NCBI RefSeq assembly: GCF_900199515.1
Contig: NZ_LT963434.1
Coordinates: forward strand, 1,233,272-1,265,271
Origin: Massilicoli timonensis
Lineage (GTDB): Bacteria > Bacillota_I > Bacilli_A > Erysipelotrichales > Erysipelotrichaceae
Direction: 5' to 3'
Length of the DNA stretch: 32,000 nt
Shown: in pieces, positions 1 to 6,454 of the stretch
Layout of the letters: every line of letters starts with the position of its first letter
Position numbering within the stretch: the stretch's first letter is position 1
Notes under the pieces: generated by a model
Told to the model about the DNA's origin: nothing
Databases searched by the model: none
What the model saw: the letters and a program-made list of their open reading frames with translations, nothing else
Translations under genes and position numbers: made by a program

Positions 1-509
1 TGATCATCCTCATATTCCACCGAAACCTGTGTCTTGCCATCCGGTCCTAAAATAGAATGTGGATCGCTCTTTCGCACTTTTGCCAACTGGCGTGCCAATT
101 TATGCGCGTAATAAATCGGCGCCGGCATGTATTCATCACTTTCTGCGCAGGCAAAGCCAAACATGATGCCCTGATCTCCCGCACCGATCTCTCCTTCGTT
201 TTCCTGCGCCGTTACCGCGTGGTTGATCTCCGAAGACTGTTTGTTTACCTTTACCATCACTTCATATGTTTCTTCATACCCGATCTTCTTGATCGTATCT
301 TTGGCGATCTGTTCATAGTCGATCTTCGCGCTTGTATTCGCTTCTCCGTAAATTAAGACAAAATCGTCTTTGATCGTCGCTTCGACCGCCATTTTGCTGT
401 TAGGATCCTGCCGCAGCGCTTCATCTAAGATACTGTCCGCAATCTGATCACAGATCTTATCTGGATGTCCTTCCGTAATGCTTTCTGATGTAAATAAATA
501 ATCTCTCAT
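1..509 (-). CDS. metK: S-adenosylmethionine synthetase, N-terminal about 169 codons; 3' end runs off the window
   Basis: Own translation of the minus strand from ATG at 509-507: [32 protein letters not shown]...[15 protein letters not shown]. It carries the MetK hallmark motifs (TSESxxEGHPDK, GAGDQG). It is missing from the ORF track because no stop lies inside the window. Confidence 0.9.
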   Translation of the reverse strand, partial: MRDYLFTSESITEGHPDKICDQIADSILDEALRQDPNSKMAVEATIKDDFVLIYGEANTSAKIDYEQIAKDTIKKIGYEETYEVMVKVNKQSSEINHAVTAQENEGEIGAGDQGIMFGFACAESDEYMPAPIYYAHKLARQLAKVRKSDPHSILGPDGKTQVSVEYEDD

Positions 510-527
510 GCTCCTCGTCCTTTCTTT

Positions 528-668
528 CAAATAAAAACTGCCTTCCGATAAGAAGACAGTAGTGTCATTTAACTGTTTCTCTTATCGCTGTCAGCTTTAC
601 CACCTTGTAGATACAGGTTGGCGCGGGATCATCGAGCTGACTCTCTACTCCGACTCTTGATAATAGGC
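528..668 (-). promoter_or_regulatory. SAM-I (S-box) riboswitch with terminator expression platform in the metK leader
   Basis: Minus strand reads TTATCAAGAGTCGGAGTAGAGAGTCAGCTCGATGATCCCGCGCCAACC...AAGGTGGTAAAGCTGACAGCGATAAGAG. This matches the S-box core blocks (TTATCAAGAG, GAGNGA, ATGA, GCCAACC, GGTG.TAA, GATAAGAG). It is followed by CTGTCTTCTTATCGGAAGGCAG plus TTTTTATTT, a terminator whose 5' arm can alternatively pair with the P1 3' strand. Confidence 0.8.
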
Positions 669-786
669 TTCTATATTAAAGCATAGAAAATAAAAAAAAG
701 CAACTGTCTATTTTTACCCTTTCCGGTAAATCAATCGTAACATGTACTTTTTTATTCCCGCCTTCATTCACCCTTTCTTTCTATAA

Positions 787-824
787 GAAAAAAGCCATGC
801 CTTGTCTATGAACAAAACATGACT
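787..824 (-). terminator. Probable intrinsic terminator after the LiaF-like gene
   Basis: Minus strand AGTCATG-N18-CATGGCT followed by TTTTTT, just 3' of the stop at 831. Confidence 0.45.
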
Positions 825-830
825 GTTTTC

Positions 831-1523
831 CTAAATATAAGTGATCGTAATACCCGCAAAACTGAGATTCCCGCTTAGGATCAAACGCGGTGCATTCCCA
901 TCTGCCGCATTGTGATTTTTCTCATTGATCCCGCCAAAGGAAGTGTGCATGCGGTTTACGACCTGCCAGTTCTTCGGTACATACAAATCCACTCCGCAAA
1001 AATCCACATCCATATAGAGATAGGCTTCCTCCTGAATGCCGGCATTTTCAAAATGCACCTTCATGCTGCCGAAAGAACAAGTCAAATAGGCTTTCTCTAA
1101 GGCATTGGAATTGACATATTTGATACTTTCGCCAAAGGAAGTATGAAAGCTTAATTCATCATCGCTCACGTGCTCGACGCTTTTACTGAAAGAATGCGCC
1201 TGTCCATGATCCACGTACTTTTTTTTCGGCTGCAAGAGAAAGTGAAACCCGATACTGAGAAACAGCGCTATGCTTAACAGCGTCCATGGCGCCCATGCAC
1301 CGATTCCCAGTTCTTCCGCAAACACACTTCCTAAACAAGCCGCCGCAAACAGCACACCGCTGATGCTTCGATAAAGCGCGCTTTTTACAAGCATTGCCGC
1401 AAACAACATGCCAAGTACGAGCTGCATCATACTGAATCCGCCCAGCATACCCAACTGATTGGCAATCATCACCGCCGCAATCGCAATAAAGAACAAGCCC
1501 CAAAAGATTCTCTGTTTTCTCAT
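831..1523 (-). CDS. Membrane protein with LiaF-like (cell-wall stress response) C-terminal domain
   Basis: 230-aa ORF. The N-terminal half forms 3-4 hydrophobic helices. The C-terminal soluble half has beta-rich repeats (KVHFENAG..LYMDVDFCGVDLYVP) typical of LiaF/DUF2154-type proteins. It lies 5 nt downstream of the LytTR gene. Confidence 0.55.
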   Translation of the reverse strand: MRKQRIFWGLFFIAIAAVMIANQLGMLGGFSMMQLVLGMLFAAMLVKSALYRSISGVLFAAACLGSVFAEELGIGAWAPWTLLSIALFLSIGFHFLLQPKKKYVDHGQAHSFSKSVEHVSDDELSFHTSFGESIKYVNSNALEKAYLTCSFGSMKVHFENAGIQEEAYLYMDVDFCGVDLYVPKNWQVVNRMHTSFGGINEKNHNAADGNAPRLILSGNLSFAGITITYI

Positions 1524-1528
1524 ATGAT

Positions 1529-2002
1529 CTACCTCATTTCTTCTAACCGCATTTTCAGCGTTTTATAATAATTTCTTGAAACATATACTTGTTTATGACA
1601 GTTCTTAAATTCCACTAAGCTGGACGCACTGATCGACTTTGTGATCGAATAGATCTCCCTGCAATTTAAGATCGTCGATTTTGATACCCGCATAAAATAA
1701 GCAGGGAGCAGCGTTTCCAGTTCATACAGGCGATACTTGGTTTCATAAATATCTTTAGCGGTATGCGCATACACCGTTTTGGCATCTGTTTCAAAAAACA
1801 AGATGTCTGTAAGCGACAGGTAATATTCCGTTTCTTTTTTATAAAATACGAGCTTGCTTGTGCCATGTGCGATTTCCGCAAGGGCGCGTTCGATCTGCCG
1901 CAGTTCTTCAGAGATGCGTGCAGCGCGAATATGGACTTCGATTTCTTCCAGTTGTTCTTCTAGTGCAATACTGATTTTCACGTCGCTCATCTCCTTGCCC
2001 AT
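1529..2002 (-). CDS. LytTR-family DNA-binding protein
   Basis: 157-aa ORF. The C-terminal two thirds match the LytTR pattern (ILFFETDAKTVYAHTAKDIYETKYRLYELETLLPAYFMRVSKSTILN). The exact start is uncertain, with ATG 2002, ATG 1990 or GTG 1981 all possible. Confidence 0.7.
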   Translation of the reverse strand: MGKEMSDVKISIALEEQLEEIEVHIRAARISEELRQIERALAEIAHGTSKLVFYKKETEYYLSLTDILFFETDAKTVYAHTAKDIYETKYRLYELETLLPAYFMRVSKSTILNCREIYSITKSISASSLVEFKNCHKQVYVSRNYYKTLKMRLEEMR

Positions 2003-2143
2003 AGTAAACCACAGTTTTGTTTAGGCGTAAAGAGCGATTGCCCAAGAGGTTCATTTTCCTAACCAAAACGTCATGATTTTGTGATAAAATGAAAGCATAA
2101 AGAAAGGGGATACAGGAGCGGTCATGAGAAAGGGGATCTTATC

Positions 2144-2737
2144 ATGAAGGGAAACAGAATCATACGAATCACTGCCGTTGCTTTTTTCATTATGATCATC
2201 ATTTTGCTGATCGTCTTCCTGAACCGAAAAGAAAAACCGCTTCGCTTTACGATCAAGGGAAAAGTAAAAGAACAGCTTATCCTGACGCATGAATACGGCG
2301 AAGCGCTGGACCTTTCACCAGAGGCATTGCAGCTGGAAGCAAAAAAAGGAAATGACGTCTATGAAATCTTTTATGAAGAACCAGCCTTTACGGAATTAAA
2401 AACGTATCACATTTCCTACAGGGTCAAAGACGAAGACGCTGTCTTTTCGGTAAAAGTAAAAGTGGTGGATACCACTGCACCGAAGCTCAGCGGCGAAATA
2501 CAATATACGATCACACAGGGAGAAGCCTTTGGCATTCACGATCTGTATATCAGCGCCTATGACGCGTATGACGGAGATCTCAGCGATCAACTGCACATGG
2601 AAGAAATCGACACATCGCAGGCAGGGGAACAGGAACATACCGTATCGGTTCATGATTCTTCCGGGAACCGTGCGGAAATCCTGATTCATATAACGGTCAA
2701 AGAAAGCATCGGTGTACAAGGGGTACAAACGAGATAA
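2144..2737 (+). CDS. N-terminally membrane-anchored protein with a bacterial Ig-like (DUF5011-type) domain
   Basis: 197-aa ORF. It has one N-terminal TM helix (IIRITAVAFFIMIIILLIVFL). The C-terminal VDTTAPKLSGE...AYDAYDGDLS...HTVSVHDSSGNRAEILIHITV resembles Ig-like surface domains. It is the last gene before the ICE. Confidence 0.55.
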   Translation: MKGNRIIRITAVAFFIMIIILLIVFLNRKEKPLRFTIKGKVKEQLILTHEYGEALDLSPEALQLEAKKGNDVYEIFYEEPAFTELKTYHISYRVKDEDAVFSVKVKVVDTTAPKLSGEIQYTITQGEAFGIHDLYISAYDAYDGDLSDQLHMEEIDTSQAGEQEHTVSVHDSSGNRAEILIHITVKESIGVQGVQTR

Positions 2738-2768
2738 AATAGAAATGAGGGGCGATAGAGCGGAAATG

Positions 2769-4277
2769 TCAGATTTTCCACTCTATCTGAACATGGTCGC
2801 TGGTGGCCTTGATTGTAGAAATCAAGCCATCGGCGGCTTTTCTTTTGTCGTCAAAATCTATGCTCTCCCAGTTGTCAAGATAATAGGACAGTTTCTTTAT
2901 CTGCTGGGGCGATATGGTTTCGACGCTCAAATCGGCTATGACTTTTGAAATGGTCTGACTGCAGGTGTCCAGTTCTTCGATTTTCTTGTTGGCGTAGGCA
3001 AGCAAGGTCGCATTGGCTCCGGTCAGCGTGTCCAGCAGTTTTTCAATTTCTGCCTCCACCTGTGCCAGCTCTACTTGATAGGCTGTCAGCTTCGGATTGA
3101 CCTTTTCCTCTTTGCCGTGGAGTATCTGAAAATCTTTGAACTTCTCTTGCATGGCCGAGAAAATAAATTGCTCAAATTCTTCTTTGCGGATTTTCCCGCA
3201 GCCCGGACAACCTTTGTTTTCCGTCCGTTTGGTGCAGCGGAAATAGCCTGTGCTGTTTGGTACATGGGTGGCTTTCAGCGCATACCCACAATGCCCGCAT
3301 TTGATTTTTCCGGCCAGCCAAGTGTTTTTCGGTTTCCGCCCCTGCTGGAAGGTGGTATTTGCCATGAGCTTTTTCCGGCATTTCAGCCATGTGTCCGAGG
3401 GGATCAATGCTTCATGGGGAGCGATAACAAGTATCTGGTCTTTTAGGCACCTGTCCTTGTCCTCCTTCACATCCCGCCCCTGATAGAGATAACAGCCGTT
3501 TGTTCCGGCAAAATCGGAAGCGTCATTGACAATCGCTGCGCCCTGGCTCTTGAAAAACTCGTACAGTTCCAAGTCGGCCTGTGCGTAAACAGGGTTCCGT
3601 AAAAGCTGGGAAAGGAAACTCCGAACCATTGACTTTTCGTAAATCTTGATACCCTGTTCTTCAAAGTAGCGGGTAATGTCTCCGAAAGAGGTTTCCGGCT
3701 CGGCGTACATCTCAAACATCAGCCGTACATGGTCGGCGGCTACGGGGTCGGCAACCATCTTTTTTGTACGGATACCCTCTACCACGGTGGGCTCCAACTG
3801 ATAGCCGTATGGAGCCTGCCCGCTCATGTGAAAGCCTTTCAGGCACCGGGAATAGTAGGCGTCCGTGACGCGCTTCTGGATTGTCTCACGTTCAAGCTGG
3901 GCGAATACAATGCAGATATTCAGCATAGCCCGTCCCATCGGGGTCGAGGTATCAAACTTTTCCGTGGATGATACAAACTCTACATCGTACTCTTGAAACA
4001 GCTCCATCATATTTGCAAAGTCCAGAATAGAGCGGCTTATCCGGTCCAGCTTGTACACGATGACCCGCCGAACCTTTCCCTTGCGGATCTCGCCCAGCAG
4101 CTTTTGAAACTCCGGCCTGTCGGTATTCTTGCCGGAATAGCCTTTGTCCTTAAATACCCGGCAGCTCCCACCTTTCAATTCATACTTGCAGAAGTCAATC
4201 TGACTTTCAATGCTGATACTGTCCTTACGGTCTACTGACTGTCTCGCATAAATGCAATCTTCTCTGATAAATTCCAT
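2769..4277 (-). CDS. Large serine recombinase (ICE integrase/excisionase enzyme)
   Basis: ORF 2769-4313. The likely start is MEFIREDCIYARQSVDRKDSISIESQ at 4277, behind GGAAAGGAG. It has a resolvase catalytic N-terminus (YARQS), a recombinase domain, a Cys-rich zinc ribbon (CGHCGYAL..FRCTKRTENKGCPGC) and a C-terminal coiled coil. Confidence 0.9.
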   Translation of the reverse strand: MEFIREDCIYARQSVDRKDSISIESQIDFCKYELKGGSCRVFKDKGYSGKNTDRPEFQKLLGEIRKGKVRRVIVYKLDRISRSILDFANMMELFQEYDVEFVSSTEKFDTSTPMGRAMLNICIVFAQLERETIQKRVTDAYYSRCLKGFHMSGQAPYGYQLEPTVVEGIRTKKMVADPVAADHVRLMFEMYAEPETSFGDITRYFEEQGIKIYEKSMVRSFLSQLLRNPVYAQADLELYEFFKSQGAAIVNDASDFAGTNGCYLYQGRDVKEDKDRCLKDQILVIAPHEALIPSDTWLKCRKKLMANTTFQQGRKPKNTWLAGKIKCGHCGYALKATHVPNSTGYFRCTKRTENKGCPGCGKIRKEEFEQFIFSAMQEKFKDFQILHGKEEKVNPKLTAYQVELAQVEAEIEKLLDTLTGANATLLAYANKKIEELDTCSQTISKVIADLSVETISPQQIKKLSYYLDNWESIDFDDKRKAADGLISTIKATSDHVQIEWKI

Positions 4278-4325
4278 ATTGGGCTCCTTTCCTTGTTGGA
4301 ATGGAGCTACCAACCTTACAACTAT

Positions 4326-4385
4326 ATTATACTATCAGCAGCCCCGGACAACAATGTTGCGAATGGTTAGTGAAATCTGTCCCCG
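4326..4385 (-). promoter_or_regulatory. Putative recombinase promoter plus conserved 44-bp operator-like motif (copy A)
   Basis: Minus strand: GGGGACAGATTTCACTAACCATTCGCAACATTGTTGTCCGGGG, then a 17-nt spacing and TATAAT (4331-4326). The motif recurs at 16162-16206 with the same spacing to a TAAAAT box. Confidence 0.45.
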
Positions 4386-4543
4386 TACTTACTGAACACA
4401 TCGTAAAGACGGCGTTCAATTTCTTTTTTGCGCTGTTCCTTCTCCTTCGGGGAAAGTACCGGCGTGAGGCTTTCCAGCACAATGGTTTTCCCTTGAAAGG
4501 GTACAGACTTTGTTTCTCGTTGATATGTGACGGCCTGTGTCAT
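4367..4543 (-). CDS. Small conserved-looking protein (58 aa), possible recombination accessory factor
   Basis: Below the 60-aa cutoff of the ORF track. Own translation: MTQAVTYQRETKSVPFQGKTIVLESLTPVLSPKEKEQRKKEIERRLYDVFSKYGDRFH. A strong RBS AAGGAGG lies 7 nt before the ATG. It sits immediately upstream of the recombinase gene. Confidence 0.55.
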   Translation of the reverse strand: MTQAVTYQRETKSVPFQGKTIVLESLTPVLSPKEKEQRKKEIERRLYDVFSKYGDRFH

Positions 4544-4608
4544 TGGAAACCTCCTTTTCAGAATGGGTGTACTTGCCAGCGTTTCCCTCTTGTCCTATGG
4601 GGAAATGT

Positions 4609-4635
4609 CAAAAGACGGCACCCGCAGGTGCCGCC
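4609..4635 (-). terminator. Intrinsic terminator
   Basis: Minus strand GGCGGCACC-TGCG-GGTGCCGTC followed by TTTT, located 16 nt after hairpin copy 1. Confidence 0.5.
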
Positions 4636-4651
4636 CTTTGAGCTTTCTCCA

Positions 4652-4674
4652 CTTCGGGCCGATGTGGCCCGAGG
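4652..4674 (-). repeat. ICE hairpin repeat copy 1
   Basis: Plus strand CTTCGGGCCGATGTGGCCCGAGG. It abuts the TGA stop (4675-4677) of the upstream minus-strand CDS with a 0-nt gap. Confidence 0.9.
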
Positions 4675-4878
4675 TCAGTACGGACTGGAGTGGAACTTCT
4701 GTTTGGCGTCCTCCACGCTGTTGAGATCAAAGACTTCATAAAGCTGTCCCACAACACGACGAATATCCTTCTTTGAAAAGCCGCAGTCCTCCATTGCCAT
4801 GATGACATAGCCGCGGCAGGCATCGTTGCTCCATTCATCCGGCTCAAAACCGGGAAACATCCCAAACGCATTTTCCAT
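4675..4878 (-). CDS. Small hypothetical protein (67 aa)
   Basis: ORF 4675-4935. The likely start is MENAFGMFPGFEPDEW at 4878, 6 nt after AAGGAG. No recognisable motif. Confidence 0.55.
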   Translation of the reverse strand: MENAFGMFPGFEPDEWSNDACRGYVIMAMEDCGFSKKDIRRVVGQLYEVFDLNSVEDAKQKFHSSPY

Positions 4879-4894
4879 AAGAAACTCCTTTGAG

Positions 4895-4961
4895 AAAAAA
4901 GATGGGGAGCCCCGCCGGATTGGTTGGCCTATCATCAGACAGCATTGCCGGAGGGCTCCCC
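4895..4961 (-). terminator. Long GC hairpin plus T-run (terminator-like 3' end of the noncoding region)
   Basis: Minus strand GGGGAGCCCTCCGG...CCGGCGGGGCTCCCC (9+4 bp stem) followed by ATCTTTTTT. Confidence 0.5.
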
Positions 4962-5315
4962 ACAGGTTTTTACTACATTACAGACACACCGGACGGGCAT
5001 AGGCTTTCTGCCCCATAGTATTTCAACTCTCCCCATTCTGATGGCAAGGCGTTTTCATTGCCTGCGACGGCTCACGGCTTGCAAGGCCGCTTCAACGCTC
5101 GGACTGTGACTAAACGCAAGTATCCGGGTTATGTACCTGTTCCGGTGGAGCCAGCCTTGCCCCACCTATGGCATGAGCCTGATCGCTCGCCCTGTTTTAT
5201 AGAGACTGTATTCTCCAAAAGCAGAGGTCGTGGCGGGCCTGTCACACAGCGCATTTCCCTTCGTATCCGGGTGCCTTTTTATTCAGTTTTCGATTTGCAT
5301 GAGTGCTTGTCCGAA
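4895..5315 (-). ncRNA. Candidate structured noncoding RNA / long structured leader (unknown class)
   Basis: About 420 nt between hairpin copy 2 and the terminator-like hairpin, with no credible minus-strand ORF or RBS. It is GC-rich with many local complementary segments. The only track ORFs here are plus-strand shadows. Confidence 0.3.
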
Positions 5316-5338
5316 CCTCGGGCCACCTTGACCCGAAG
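5316..5338 (-). repeat. ICE hairpin repeat copy 2
   Basis: Plus strand CCTCGGGCCACCTTGACCCGAAG, about 50 nt 3' of the sigma-like gene stop. Confidence 0.85.
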
Positions 5339-5388
5339 TGTTTTGCCTCTCATAAGCCATTTCATTTTTTGGCCTAAATCGGTACACC

Positions 5389-5811
5389 TCACAAAGATTT
5401 TTTCAAAATTTTTTCCAAGTGCCGCAGCCCTCGCTCGATTGCCACACGGACTACTTTCTCATTGACCCCTTCTGCCCGGGCAATGTCCTGTTTCGTCATG
5501 CCAAGAATGAAGTGGGCGTAAATCCGTTTTGCCTGTTTGTCCGGCAAGCTGGCAATAGCAGCGTGAAGCTCCTGCATAGTAACTTTCCGCTCGTACAGTT
5601 CATGGGGCGTAAGTGCGACAAAGACAGCCTCATGCTCCAGCCCATCATCCCGATCAAGGGAATAGTAGGCTTTATGTCGGTATGTACGCAGCCGGTAAGC
5701 AGCCTCCTTGCGGTCAAATTCTTTGAACATTTCAGCAACTTCGTCCGATACTTCCATGAAGCAATCGGATGTATAAAACGGGTAGTAGTCCCGCAGATTG
5801 ATAATAGCCAT
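5389..5811 (-). CDS. Sigma-70 region-4 / HTH regulator (small ICE sigma-like factor, 140 aa)
   Basis: ORF 5389-5961. The likely start is MAIINLRDYYPFY at 5811, behind GGAGGTCAAT. The C-terminus LPDKQAKRIYAHFILGMTKQDIARAEGVNEKVVRVAIERGLRHLEKIL is a sigma-70 region-4 type HTH. Confidence 0.75.
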   Translation of the reverse strand: MAIINLRDYYPFYTSDCFMEVSDEVAEMFKEFDRKEAAYRLRTYRHKAYYSLDRDDGLEHEAVFVALTPHELYERKVTMQELHAAIASLPDKQAKRIYAHFILGMTKQDIARAEGVNEKVVRVAIERGLRHLEKILKKSL

Positions 5812-5884
5812 ATTGACCTCCGTTTCGGTTGGTGGTTGACAAGTGACCGAAACAGAGGCGGCGGGGAGCGGCACCGGGGAATGA

Positions 5885-5907
5885 CTTCGGGCCAACATGG
5901 CCCGAAG
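5885..5907 (-). repeat. ICE hairpin repeat copy 3
   Basis: Plus strand CTTCGGGCCAACATGGCCCGAAG (consensus), about 75 nt upstream of the sigma-like gene start. Confidence 0.9.
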
Positions 5908-6063
5908 CAGTCCCATAAGAACGCAAAAGCGCCCGGGCGGCACAAGGCCACTCGGACGCATGAAATGACATAGCAGTTAAGGTTCCAACAAATTTCACAT
6001 ACATAGCCGGAATAACCCGGAGGGGGAGCTATGCTTTTTTTAACTGATGCAGGTCATGGATAC

Positions 6064-6116
6064 TGTAAAAAAAGACAAAAATAGACACGGCGGCAATCCT
6101 CCTATATGCCGCCGTG
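6064..6116 (-). terminator. Strong intrinsic terminator
   Basis: Minus strand CACGGCGGCA-N11-TGCCGCCGTG followed by TCTATTTTTGTCTTTTTTT. Confidence 0.6.
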
Positions 6117-6152
6117 GATTTACACGGTGTTAGGTCGTCGTTGGTTTAGGAT

Positions 6153-6194
6153 AAACGAAAAGAAACGGCGGCTCTGATTTCTCAAAACCGCCGT
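6153..6194 (-). terminator. Intrinsic terminator
   Basis: Minus strand ACGGCGG-N16-CCGCCGT followed by TTCTTTTCGTTT. Confidence 0.5.
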
Positions 6195-6297
6195 AAGGAT
6201 ATAGAGGTGTCATAAAAGCACAAGAAATTGTCTGCCCGTCAGCGGTTTTTTTCTTTCCTCCGCTGTGGAGGCAGATGTTTCTTATTGATTTACCACA

Positions 6298-6387
6298 AGC
6301 ATAAACTACAAATGTTACACAAATGTCCGAGGTGCCTTTGATTTCGACAGAAAAACAGGCTGAATTGTTACAAAGCTCGGACATTTC
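6298..6387 (-). promoter_or_regulatory. Orphan copy of the response-regulator-box promoter (copy 3)
   Basis: Plus strand AAATGTTACACAAATGTCCGAGG (6310-6332, direct AAATGT-N5-AAATGT) sits 6 nt from a TATGCT -10 (6298-6303, minus sense). An upstream inverted site GAATTGTTACAAAGCTCGGACATTTC lies at 6362-6387. The architecture matches 9595-9684. Confidence 0.4.
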
Positions 6388-6454
6388 AAAAAATATTTGA
6401 GAAATAGCAGAACCGGCAGGGTAGCATACGCCCCCCGCCGATCCCATACAGTTG

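Noticed and set aside
57-356. 99-aa plus-strand ORF at the window start
   Set aside because: It is antisense to the unmistakable metK reading frame, which the track misses only because that frame has no stop in the window.
4924-5465. Plus-strand ORFs 4924-5109 and 5058-5465 as real genes in the noncoding gap
   Set aside because: They have no RBS. The second overlaps the sigma-like gene antisense and contains a translated hairpin copy. Their composition looks like a shadow frame.
6130-6447. 105-aa minus-strand ORF downstream of the permease
   Set aside because: It has no RBS, runs through the regulator boxes and two terminator hairpins, and has low-complexity, unprotein-like composition.
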